From Candidatus Nitrosopumilus koreensis AR1 (GTDB lineage Archaea > Thermoproteota > Nitrososphaeria > Nitrososphaerales > Nitrosopumilaceae), in the NCBI RefSeq assembly GCF_000299365.1, contig NC_018655.1, forward strand, positions 1,080,001 through 1,112,000: 32,000 nt of DNA. Reading direction: 5' to 3'. The notes beneath the pieces were generated by a model. That model saw only the letters and a program-made list of their open reading frames with translations, made no database searches and had not been told where the DNA came from. Of this stretch, positions 19,041 to 28,108 are shown piece after piece; position 1 is the stretch's first letter, and the number at the start of each line of letters is the position of its first letter. Position numbers and translations under genes: made by a program.

Positions 19041-19174
19041 TGTAATTCCATTTCAGGAGTCAAAACATCTTCTTTTTCATCTTCTAATTCCAATTCAAGA
19101 TTGGCCAAAATTTCGACATTTTCTTCTAAAATGTCAAGACATTTTTTTACAGATTCAGGAAGGTCGTCATCCAT
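18944..19174 (-). CDS. Small acidic hypothetical protein
   Basis: 76 aa; MDDDLPESVKKCLDILEENVEILANLELELEDEKEDVLTPEMELHQLYDMTEDVAESAKLKRAESNFARRQAEDFL. Confidence 0.6.
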   Translation of the reverse strand: MDDDLPESVKKCLDILEENVEILANLELELEDEKEDVLTPEMELHQLYDMTEDVAESAKLKRAESNFARRQAEDFL

Positions 19175-19232
19175 GCATATTGTAAAATGTAGTAAAGTAA
19201 ATGACTTTCTGTATGTTATAGAATAAAACGCC

Positions 19233-20339
19233 TTATTGTTTGGCTTTTTCTCTTAGAGCAGGCATTACATGACTGGCAAATTTATCAATAGAGCCAAAGT
19301 AATTCTTACCCCAGAATCTAATTACAAAGTGATTAACACCTGCATCCATGAATCTTTCAAATGTTGGAATGATATCATCAGGAGTTCCAACTGCCGTTGA
19401 AGAACGTGCAACAGGTTCAGGTATTTTGGTTGCAGCTTCTCTCATCTTTACAATCCAATCTTGATTAGACATTGAATATTCTGTAAAGTATTTTCTAAAG
19501 TCAAAACCTTCAATTTCTTTTAGACCGTGAACACGAAGAATTTCTGGTTTAAACAAACTGACCTTGACTGCCTCTTTCATTCTTGCCCAGGATTCTTCTG
19601 CGTCTTCAGAAAAGTAGACATCAATATCAAGTGCATATTGGAAGTTGTCTTTTTCTTCTTGAGTTCTATTGTTTTCATCCATAGATTTTTGAATTTGTTT
19701 TGCATGGTCTTCAAAGAGTTCTGGAGTGTAACCGATTGGCAACCAACCATCTCCGAGTTTTCCTGTTAATGCAAGTGTACGGGTACCGCCTGCTGCCATG
19801 TAAGTTGGAGGACGGGGTTTTCTAATTGGAGGTGCTTGCAGACATGCACCTTCAAGTTTGTAGTATTTTCCATCATAGTTTACAGTGTCATCAGGAGTGG
19901 ATTTGTATAAAGTATGAATAGTTTCAATTTGTTCTTCCCATTTTGAAACTGGTTTTTCAAATGGAATGCAAAATTCTTTTAGGTTTTGAGCCTCACCAGC
20001 ACCAATTCCAAGAATTGCTCTGCCCTTTGAGACCCTATCAAGAGTAATTGCAGCAAGTGCAATGTTTGATGGGTGTCTTCTAATAGCATCAGTTACACAA
20101 GTTCCAAGTTCAACATTGTTTGTAACTGCAGCAATGGCTGAAAGCATGACCCAAGGATCTAATACAATAGCATTTTTCCATTGAGGAACATTGGTGTGGT
20201 CCATATAGAAAATAGAATCATAACCAGTTTTATCGGCAAGCATACATGCAGTTAAGATTTGATCTTCAGTATATCCGGCTCTTGCAACATTTAGGCCGTT
20301 TTGAATACCAAATTTGAGTTTATTTTGAGTCAAGTACAT
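19233..20339 (-). CDS. LLM-class (luciferase-like, probably F420-dependent) oxidoreductase
   Basis: 368 aa; ACMLADKTGYDSIFYMDHTN, ELGTCVTDAIRRHPSNIALAAITLDRVSKGRAILGIGAGEAQNLKEF, PRPPTYMAAGGTRTLALTGKLGDGWLP. Confidence 0.85.
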   Translation of the reverse strand: MYLTQNKLKFGIQNGLNVARAGYTEDQILTACMLADKTGYDSIFYMDHTNVPQWKNAIVLDPWVMLSAIAAVTNNVELGTCVTDAIRRHPSNIALAAITLDRVSKGRAILGIGAGEAQNLKEFCIPFEKPVSKWEEQIETIHTLYKSTPDDTVNYDGKYYKLEGACLQAPPIRKPRPPTYMAAGGTRTLALTGKLGDGWLPIGYTPELFEDHAKQIQKSMDENNRTQEEKDNFQYALDIDVYFSEDAEESWARMKEAVKVSLFKPEILRVHGLKEIEGFDFRKYFTEYSMSNQDWIVKMREAATKIPEPVARSSTAVGTPDDIIPTFERFMDAGVNHFVIRFWGKNYFGSIDKFASHVMPALREKAKQ

Positions 20340-20433
20340 TTACGTTGAATCATTAGAATAAAAAGTTTAATCAAGCTGCCAATTTCGCAACTATTCAAGA
20401 AAATAGAAAAAAGGTAAAAAATTTATGAATTTT

Positions 20434-21378
20434 TTACAAATTGCCTGCTTTGATATCTTCAAGACATTTTATAACATCGTCTTTTGATATTGGAATTGGA
20501 TTTGGATCCAAATGTCCTTTATCAGTCATTACGACATCAGCAGCTTCAGAAACATCGGCTTTGAGTTCTAATTTATCAAATCCTAGTTTATCCATTGCCT
20601 CTTTGAATCTGTCATAGAAGATAGATTTGTTATGTTTGTGAGCAACTGTGGTACATGATGAAAGGGAATAACCATGTGGCACACCCTCATTTGAGAATAC
20701 ATAGGACAAAGCATGTCCAAGGGTTGTAGAACAATTACCAAATCCCATACCAGACAACATTGAACCATAAGGATAGTTTTCTGGTTTGTCATTCATAATT
20801 GCATCATAAAGAATCTCAAATGCTTGTTTACATAGAGTTCTAGTCAAGTCATTACCAAGTTTGCTATCATAGCCTTCAGTAGCTTGAGCACATGCATCAC
20901 AGACAGAGTTTTTGATGACTTGTTCAGGAGTTCCATCCATGAAATATGAATCGACTACTGCCATGTCAGCTAAGAATCTGTCTTCACGTAACAATTTCTT
21001 TTTGCCATCAAATTTGAGAACACAATAAGTTGTCATTTCTGCTCCGGTTCCGAAGGTTGTTGGAATTAAGATCTTTTCTTTTTTCATCTCAGGTGCAGCA
21101 TATTTTACTACATCCATTGAACTTCCACCACCCAATCCAATTAAGACAGAGGGGTTTTTGTCTTTGAATTGTGAAATAACAGCATTGACATCATCAATTG
21201 ATGGTTCAGGTTTTACTTGGTCATACAGCATATAATCCTGAATTCCCATTCTTGCAATCCATTTGTCAGATAGTTCTGGAGGAACTGTTGTGACAATTAG
21301 TGCATTTTTAGGATATTCTGTTTCACCAAGTGCATTTTCTCCAAAGTTGATAACTTTTGGAATGCGTACTGTTTGCAT
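20434..21378 (-). CDS. Iron-containing alcohol dehydrogenase family; candidate succinic/malonic semialdehyde reductase
   Basis: 314 aa; VLIGLGGGSSMDVVKYAA, IPTTFGTGAEMT, VCDACAQATEGYDSK, GLGHALSY-like (TLGHALSYVFSNEGVPHGYSLS). Confidence 0.8.
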   Translation of the reverse strand: MQTVRIPKVINFGENALGETEYPKNALIVTTVPPELSDKWIARMGIQDYMLYDQVKPEPSIDDVNAVISQFKDKNPSVLIGLGGGSSMDVVKYAAPEMKKEKILIPTTFGTGAEMTTYCVLKFDGKKKLLREDRFLADMAVVDSYFMDGTPEQVIKNSVCDACAQATEGYDSKLGNDLTRTLCKQAFEILYDAIMNDKPENYPYGSMLSGMGFGNCSTTLGHALSYVFSNEGVPHGYSLSSCTTVAHKHNKSIFYDRFKEAMDKLGFDKLELKADVSEAADVVMTDKGHLDPNPIPISKDDVIKCLEDIKAGNL

Positions 21379-21418
21379 AGATCAACAGCATCATTGATTA
21401 TTATTATATCTTGCATTA

Positions 21419-22707
21419 TTGAGAAAGTACATGAGCATTCAAAATTTTGAAGAGTTGGCAACAAATGACAAGAAAAGAGAGTGTTTAGAGATTTTAGAAT
21501 CAGGACTCAATGCAGCAAATCCTGAAAACATTATCTCAAAGTATGTAACACCTGAAAAAATCAAGATTAATGGTAAAACCATCGACATTACAAAATATTC
21601 TAACATTTACTCTGTTGCATTTGGAAAAGCGGGAGATTCAATGACAAGAGCGCTTAATACCATAATTCCAATTAAAAGTGGAATCATAGTAATTCCCAAA
21701 GGCTCAAAGTCAGTAATTAAGAGTAAAAAATTCCAAATATTCAATTCTAGGCATCCAGAACCTGATCAAACCAGTGTAAAAGCAGCAAAAGAAGTAATGA
21801 AATTTGTACAAAACAAAAAAAGTGATGAACTAATAATTTTTCTAGTTTCAGGAGGAGGGTCATCACTTTTGGCCATGCCAAATGATATAACATTAGATGA
21901 CAAAATCTTTGTTACAAAATTACTACTAAAATCAGGAGCAACCATTCAAGAATTTAATTGTGTTAGAAAACATCTCTCAAAAATCAAAGGTGGAAGACTA
22001 GTTGAAAACATGAAATGCCAAGGAGTGAGTTTGATAATGTCAGATGTTGAAGGTGACGATCTTTCGTCTATTGCATCAGGTACAACATACATGGACAACA
22101 CAACATTTTCAGATGCGTTAGAAATTTTAGAAAAATACAAGTTAAAAAGAAAAACCCCAATTGAGGTTTTACAGGTTTTAGAAAAAGGATTAGAAAATGA
22201 AAAATTAGAAACTCCAAAAAAATACAAAATTGAAAACCAAGTAATAGCAAATAATGGAGATTGCCTCAAAGCAATGGAAATACAAGCAAAAAAGAAAGGG
22301 TACAAAGTCAAAACAATACAAGTTTTCGGAGATATTAAAGAGGCAGTAAAAAAATTCTTGAGAATATTTCTGAAGAGCAAAAAACATGTCTGCTTTTTGG
22401 AGGAGAAACAACTGTCAAAGTTTTAGGAAAAGGAATGGGTGGAAGAAATCAAGAATTAGTTCTAAGACTTTTGAAGAACACTCAAAAATTCAAAAAAATA
22501 GTTATAGCATCAATGGGAACTGATGGGATCGACGGGAATTCAGTATTTGCAGGAGCAATTACTGAGAATGTCAAAGTAGACCTAAACATCATGAAAGAAT
22601 TTCTAAAAAATAGCGATTCAGGTAGGTTCTTCCAAAAACAAAAGGGGAGCATCATCACAGATTTTACACATACAAATCTCATGGACATAGGTACGATTTT
22701 GAGATAA
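21419..22707 (+). CDS. Glycerate 2-kinase (GckA/MOFRL family), frameshifted (21419..22426 and 22435..22707)
   Basis: N-terminal ORF: VAFGKAGDSMTRAL, FLVSGGGSSLLAMPNDI, NCVRKHLSKIKGGRL; C-terminal ORF: GMGGRNQELVLRLLKN, IASMGTDGIDGNSVFAGAI. Confidence 0.85.
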
Positions 22708-22768
22708 ATCACAGATTGGGACAAATGATCTTTTAATATTATAATGACGCATTATAACCAGAAAACCC

Positions 22769-23005
22769 TTGCTTGAAAAACAATTCAACCCAGATGTATT
22801 GTATAACAGAGTGGTTCATTTCTATATGGACAAAAAAGGATACACTAAGGAAAAAGCAAATGAGATTGCACAATCAGTGGTTCAAAAAGAAGCTCAAAGA
22901 AGAATTTGTAAGAATGAAAAATGTAAACATTTTTCCCACGATCATATTAGAAATTCTGAAACCTGTCTAGTTGGCGATTGTGACTGTCATGAATTTATCA
23001 AGTAA
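22769..23005 (+). CDS. Small Cys/His-rich hypothetical protein
   Basis: 78 aa, TTG start; C-terminus RRICKNEKCKHFSHDHIRNSETCLVGDCDCHEFIK suggests a metal-binding site. Confidence 0.6.
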   Translation: MLEKQFNPDVLYNRVVHFYMDKKGYTKEKANEIAQSVVQKEAQRRICKNEKCKHFSHDHIRNSETCLVGDCDCHEFIK

Positions 23006-23981
23006 AATCATCTAAAGAATTTTCCAGTAATGGTTGAGCGCTAATTCCAAGTTTTTTCTTTAGATGTTCTGCAAATTCTTCAACAAAGCCATGTATTGTG
23101 TAGACTTGTTCAGCACCGGATTGGATTACCATATTTACAAGTTCATCAAAATCACAATGATCACTCATAGGAATTGAGTAGTCTGTTCGTCTGCCAAAAG
23201 AAAACTTTGTTGATTGGGCCCAGCCACTAAAACCAATCGTTACTGCACCATATTTTAATTTCATATCTTGAATGAATTTACTTTTACTTGACATCATAGG
23301 TGCAACCATTATCCACGGTTTTTTATCCAACAATCCATTTTTTTGAGCCTCAGAATGCCCAACTCCATCTTTTAGAGACACACCAAATTTTTGATGCAGA
23401 GTGTTCATCTCTTTTACAGAATCATGAAAATAAAGAGGTCCCCAATGTCCAAAGAGTTGAGTGATAGTTTGCGCCTTGCCAAGTTGATATCCCATCAAAA
23501 TAACAGGGATACCTTTACCATATAGTTCTGAAATTAATTCATTTACTTGTTTTTGTATTTCATCCATTTTAGGAAATACAAATTCGGGTAGACCAAATGT
23601 ACATTCAGTGATTAGTGTTTTGCATTTTGGAACTTTTGCACCTTGAAGAAATCCCCTAGTACGTGTACAGATATCTCCGGTGTAAAATATGTCATCAAAA
23701 AGAAGTCCCTTTGCTCCAAGGATATGCCCACTATCAATTAATGAAAAATCATCAAGATATTCAACATGGTTTTTCATTTTAAATCCGCGCAAATTAGCAA
23801 TTTCACTTGTTTCGATAGAAGCCAGAATTGTTCCGCCATTTTTTGAAGGAACATGATCGGCATGAGCATGAGATACAAAATTTATTCCTGTGGCATCAGC
23901 GTTTTTTGGATCTAAACAAACACGTCTATCATTTACCTCACACAGGATTCCATTTTTTGTCATCTTGACTTTTCTAGGCAA
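22998..23981 (-). CDS. MBL-fold exonuclease / beta-CASP-like RNA or DNA processing protein
   Basis: 327 aa; HAHADHVPSKNG, DSGHILGAKGLLFDDIFYTGDICT, SGWAQSTKF, MSDHCDFDELVNM. Confidence 0.8.
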   Translation of the reverse strand: MPRKVKMTKNGILCEVNDRRVCLDPKNADATGINFVSHAHADHVPSKNGGTILASIETSEIANLRGFKMKNHVEYLDDFSLIDSGHILGAKGLLFDDIFYTGDICTRTRGFLQGAKVPKCKTLITECTFGLPEFVFPKMDEIQKQVNELISELYGKGIPVILMGYQLGKAQTITQLFGHWGPLYFHDSVKEMNTLHQKFGVSLKDGVGHSEAQKNGLLDKKPWIMVAPMMSSKSKFIQDMKLKYGAVTIGFSGWAQSTKFSFGRRTDYSIPMSDHCDFDELVNMVIQSGAEQVYTIHGFVEEFAEHLKKKLGISAQPLLENSLDDFT

Positions 23982-24039
23982 TGAAAATGAAGAAAATAAG
24001 ATTTGATATAAATTGCAGGTTTGATCTACTATTGACTAG

Positions 24040-24657
24040 TTGCTAAATCTTGGAATTTTAATCTCAGGTCGTGGAAGCAACATGGAATCTATCCTAAAGG
24101 CAATTAAGAAAAAAAAGATACCAATTAACCCAGCAATAGTAATTTCAAATAAACCAGATGCAAAGGGTCTAAAAATTGCACAAAAACTTGGAATCAATAC
24201 AGAAGTTGTTGAAAGTAAAGGGTTCAAGGGAAACAGAGCAGAATATGATGAAAAAATCATGGAGGTCTTGACAAAATATGGAGTTTCACCAAGAAATGGG
24301 CTAGTGTGTCTAGCAGGTTTTATGAGAATAATTAGTCCAGAATTTGTAAAAAAATACAAAAATAGAATAATTAACATTCATCCTGCACTTTTGCCTTCAT
24401 TTCCAGGACTAGATGCACAAAAACAGGCATTAGATTATGGTGCAAAATTTTCAGGATGTACAGTACATTTTGTAGATTCAGGAATGGATACAGGCCCAGT
24501 AATAATTCAGTCAGTTGTCAGAGTAAAAGAAAATGATACTGAGCATTCACTATCAAAAAGAATTCTAAAAGAAGAACACAAAATTTACCCTGAGGCAGTG
24601 AATCTATTTGCAAGAAAAAAGATCAAAGTACATGGTCGTAAAACAAAGATCGGTTAA
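24040..24657 (+). CDS. purN: Phosphoribosylglycinamide formyltransferase
   Basis: 205 aa; LGILISGRGSNMESIL, GFMRIISPEFV, RIINIHPALLPSFPG, GCTVHFVDSGMDTGPVIIQ. Confidence 0.95.
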   Translation: MLNLGILISGRGSNMESILKAIKKKKIPINPAIVISNKPDAKGLKIAQKLGINTEVVESKGFKGNRAEYDEKIMEVLTKYGVSPRNGLVCLAGFMRIISPEFVKKYKNRIINIHPALLPSFPGLDAQKQALDYGAKFSGCTVHFVDSGMDTGPVIIQSVVRVKENDTEHSLSKRILKEEHKIYPEAVNLFARKKIKVHGRKTKIG

Positions 24658-24974
24658 GAATCAGGGCCACCAAAAAAATACAATACCTTTAGTTCTTTTG
24701 TGTTACCATGAAAATAATGTTCGATGTCTTTTGCAACAAAAAATAGTTTGTCTTTTGAAACCTTGTAATCATTATCTTTAATTCGTAAAAATCCATTGCC
24801 AGATATTACATAATAAACTTCATCACTTTCATGAGGGGTTTGAGTATCTTCTTCTCCAGGTTGTAGTGTTAAAACACCAACAGCTAAACTTTCTCGATTA
24901 ATAAAAGTATAAAAATAATCACTGCCGTTTTTAGTTTTTTCTAGATATTGGTTTAAATCAAATTCTAGTTTCAA
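24654..24974 (-). CDS. Cupin-domain protein
   Basis: 106 aa; LAVGVLTLQPGEEDTQTPHESDEVYYVISGNGFLRI...DIEHYFHG. Confidence 0.85.
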   Translation of the reverse strand: MKLEFDLNQYLEKTKNGSDYFYTFINRESLAVGVLTLQPGEEDTQTPHESDEVYYVISGNGFLRIKDNDYKVSKDKLFFVAKDIEHYFHGNTKELKVLYFFGGPDS

Positions 24975-24975
24975 T

Positions 24976-25260
24976 TTATTCAGCAGCTACTGTGTATGTT
25001 TTTCTTTGAGGGGGCTCACTCATGTAAGAATGTCCTTGTGGGTGAAGTTTTTCATGTTCGGGACTGTTATGCATTTTGATAAATGTCTCCTTGCTTTCAT
25101 GCTCTACAACAATTCTATAACTCCCATCAGTTGATTTTAGGAATTTTCTAGATATGAATCCAGGAAAGTTTGCTAGAACTTTATTTGATTCTGAAAACCA
25201 ATTTTTGAAGTCATCTTCAGCGCCATCTTTGAGTTGAACGTCTGCTATCATTACAAACAT
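24976..25260 (-). CDS. Antibiotic biosynthesis monooxygenase (ABM)-like dimeric alpha/beta barrel protein
   Basis: 94 aa; DVQLKDGAEDDFKNWFSESNKVLANFPGFISRKFLKSTDGSYRIVVEHESKETFIKMHNSPEH. Confidence 0.75.
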   Translation of the reverse strand: MFVMIADVQLKDGAEDDFKNWFSESNKVLANFPGFISRKFLKSTDGSYRIVVEHESKETFIKMHNSPEHEKLHPQGHSYMSEPPQRKTYTVAAE

Positions 25261-25352
25261 ATCATCACTAGAAAAAAATGGCGTTAAATTTCTTTTCTAA
25301 GATTCCAATAGTGGAATCCAAGAATTAAATATCTACAATTCAAAAACATACT

Positions 25353-26222
25353 ATGACAGGGACCAAAATTGATGGCAAGATAATTGCACAGTCAGTCAAA
25401 GACAGGGTGAAAAAAGCAGTAGAGGAATTAAAGACTCAAGGAATCAACCCATGCCTAGCAACGGTTCTTGTAGGCAACAATCCAGCTTCTGCCACCTATG
25501 TTAGAAACAAACACAAGGCGTGTGAGGAGGTAGGAATTGCTACAAAAGATCATAAACTTGATGCAAATACAACCCAAGTTCAACTTAATGAGATTATTGA
25601 AAATTTGAATAATGATAATTCAGTACATGGTATTCTTGTTCAATTACCACTACCAGAACAATTAGATGAATTTATCACAACATCAAGAATTTCCCCATTA
25701 AAGGATGTTGACGGATTGACCCCACACAATGCAGGATTGTTAGCAATGAAAAAAGCTGCTCTTGTTGCATGCACACCATCAGGAGTAATGGAGATGTTTG
25801 ATTATCATGGAATAGATTTGGAAGGAAAAAATATTGTATTAATTAACAGAAGTAATCTTGTAGGAAAACCACTATATCATTTGCTATTAGACAAAAATGC
25901 AACAGTCATTACATGTCATTCCAGAACTAGAAACTTGACAGAGTTGTGCAAATCAGCAGACATAATCATTACAGCAGTAGGAGACCGAAACAAATTCACA
26001 TTAACATCAGACATGATAAAAGAAGGGGCAGTTGTTATTGACGTTGCAATATCAAGATTTCAAGAAAAATTAGTTGGAGATGCAGACTTTGAAGATATTA
26101 TTCAAAAGGCATCTTTTGCAACACCGGTACCAGGTGGAGTTGGTCCGATGACAGTTGCAATGCTTTTAAAAAACACAATAACTGCAGCATCATTGAGTAG
26201 TCAAATTGGACGACAATCCTGA
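25353..26222 (+). CDS. folD: Bifunctional methylene-THF dehydrogenase / methenyl-THF cyclohydrolase
   Basis: 289 aa; PCLATVLVGNNPASATYVRNKHKACEEVGI, VHGILVQLPLPEQL, KDVDGLTPHNAGLL, PGGVGPMTVAMLLKNT. Confidence 0.95.
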   Translation: MTGTKIDGKIIAQSVKDRVKKAVEELKTQGINPCLATVLVGNNPASATYVRNKHKACEEVGIATKDHKLDANTTQVQLNEIIENLNNDNSVHGILVQLPLPEQLDEFITTSRISPLKDVDGLTPHNAGLLAMKKAALVACTPSGVMEMFDYHGIDLEGKNIVLINRSNLVGKPLYHLLLDKNATVITCHSRTRNLTELCKSADIIITAVGDRNKFTLTSDMIKEGAVVIDVAISRFQEKLVGDADFEDIIQKASFATPVPGGVGPMTVAMLLKNTITAASLSSQIGRQS

Positions 26223-26769
26223 AAAAAAATCAATTCGTAGTATTCTTTTAGAAAAAAGAGACAACACATCATTTGATTTGATGAAGATTGCAAGTGAAAA
26301 AATCAACAAGAAATTAAAAAAAATCAAGGCATTTAGTGATGCACAAAAAATTGGTGTGTATTATCCAATTGGAAGTGAGATCTTTACTCAAGACATCATC
26401 CAAGAATTACTTAGCAAAGGAAAAGAGGTGTATCTCCCAAGAGTGTCAGAAAACAATATAGATTTCAAGAAAATTACTGATTTTTCGAGCCTGGAAAAGG
26501 GTAATTTTGACATAATGGAGCCAAAAATAGTATGCGAGACAGAGAATAATCTGGATGTAGTTTTAGTACCAACAGTAGGAATAACCCCAAAGGGAGTCAG
26601 ATTAGGATACGGACATGGGTTTTATGACAGATTTCTAGCAAAACACAAAACCACCACAATTTCTTTGACTTTGGAAAAACAAATTGTAAAAAATATTCCA
26701 AAATCAGAACATGACATGTTAATTGATTGGATTGTAACTGAAGACAGAGTTTTAAAAACTCAAAGATAA
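26206..26769 (+). CDS. 5-formyltetrahydrofolate cyclo-ligase family protein
   Basis: 187 aa, TTG start overlapping the folD end; KIGVYYPIGSEIFTQDIIQELLSKGKEVYLPRV, VLVPTVGITPKGVRLGYGHGFYDRFL. Confidence 0.9.
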   Translation: MDDNPEKKSIRSILLEKRDNTSFDLMKIASEKINKKLKKIKAFSDAQKIGVYYPIGSEIFTQDIIQELLSKGKEVYLPRVSENNIDFKKITDFSSLEKGNFDIMEPKIVCETENNLDVVLVPTVGITPKGVRLGYGHGFYDRFLAKHKTTTISLTLEKQIVKNIPKSEHDMLIDWIVTEDRVLKTQR

Positions 26770-28025
26770 TCTAGTCCTTTTTTGCCAATATCTTTTCTGC
26801 AAAATTTGTGTGGCCAAGATATTTTATCACATGCAAGGTATGCATTTGTAATTGCAGATTCTAAAGAGTCACCTAAAGCAGTAACCCCCAAAACTCTACC
26901 CCCATTTGAAAGAATTTTTCCATCATCTTCTTTTGTTCCAGCATGAAAGACATATGCATTATCAGGAATTAAGTCAAATCCTACAATCTCTTCATTTTTT
27001 GGATAAGATTCAGGATAGCCTTCAGAAGCTAAAACAACACATACTGCGTATTGATTTTTCCAAGATATAGGTGGTAATGAAGATAACTCACCATTTGCAC
27101 TTGCAACAAAATAATCATACAAATCAAAATCCATCCTCATTGTAATTGGTTGACATTCAGGATCACCCATTCGCACATTATATTCTAAAACATATGGTTC
27201 TCCATCTTTTAACATAATTCCTGCGTAAAGAAATCCTTTGAAAACTATACCCTCCTTTTTCATAGATTGAATGGTTTTGTCAATAATTTTTTCTTGTATT
27301 CTTTTTGCAAGATTTTCATCTATTATTGGTGTAGGAGAGTATGCTCCCATCCCTCCAGTGTTAGGACCTTTATCATCATCAAAAATTCTCTTATGATCTT
27401 GACTGGAAGCCATAGGAATGGCAACATTTCCATCTGATAGTGCAATGTATGATGCCTCAATGCCATCAATTCGTTCTTCTATTATGATTCGATTTCCAGC
27501 ATCTCCAAATGTTTTTTTGATTAGAATTGTCTGGATTGCAGAAATTGCCTCATCAGAACTATTACAAACAATAACACCCTTGCCTGCAGCCAGGCCATCT
27601 GCTTTGACTACGACATTATAGTCAAGGGATTTTACATATTCTTGGGCTTTTTGAGCATCATCAAAGATTTCAAATCTAGCAGTTGGAATGTCATTTCTTT
27701 TCATGAAGTTTTTTGCCCAAATTTTACTTGATTCAAGTTGGGCAGCATCTTTTGATGGACCAAAAATTTTGAGATTTTTTTCATTGAATTTATCAACAAT
27801 CCCCATAGCCAAAGGGGCTTCAGGCCCAACTACGGTAAAACAATTATTTTTTTCAGCAAAATCTGCAAGGCCATCTAGATCATCAACTGGAATAGACACA
27901 TTGTTTTTTGTCCCACCGTTTCCAGGAGCAGTAAACACAGTATCAACATTTGAGCTCTGAGACAATTTCCAAGATAATGCGTGTTCTCTTCCTCCAGAAC
28001 CAATCACCAGTACATTGACCAACAC
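26760..28025 (-). CDS. purD: Phosphoribosylamine-glycine ligase
   Basis: 421 aa, GTG start; NVLVIGSGGREHALSWKL, TAPGNGGTKNNV, VVKADGLAAGKGVIV, NVRMGDPECQPI. Confidence 0.95.
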   Translation of the reverse strand: MLVNVLVIGSGGREHALSWKLSQSSNVDTVFTAPGNGGTKNNVSIPVDDLDGLADFAEKNNCFTVVGPEAPLAMGIVDKFNEKNLKIFGPSKDAAQLESSKIWAKNFMKRNDIPTARFEIFDDAQKAQEYVKSLDYNVVVKADGLAAGKGVIVCNSSDEAISAIQTILIKKTFGDAGNRIIIEERIDGIEASYIALSDGNVAIPMASSQDHKRIFDDDKGPNTGGMGAYSPTPIIDENLAKRIQEKIIDKTIQSMKKEGIVFKGFLYAGIMLKDGEPYVLEYNVRMGDPECQPITMRMDFDLYDYFVASANGELSSLPPISWKNQYAVCVVLASEGYPESYPKNEEIVGFDLIPDNAYVFHAGTKEDDGKILSNGGRVLGVTALGDSLESAITNAYLACDKISWPHKFCRKDIGKKGLDYL

Positions 28026-28108
28026 AAATTATTTTTTGCTCAATTATATAATCCAAGTCTCACAAAACCAATTTAGCTTTATAATGCCACAGATCTACCA
28101 AAAGCCAG

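Noticed and set aside
21946-22380. 144-aa minus-strand ORF
   Set aside because: Antisense to the glycerate kinase gene; Phe/Leu/Ser-rich composition is a shadow of an AT-rich coding sequence.
24036-24377. 113-aa minus-strand ORF
   Set aside because: Antisense to purN, a confidently identified gene.
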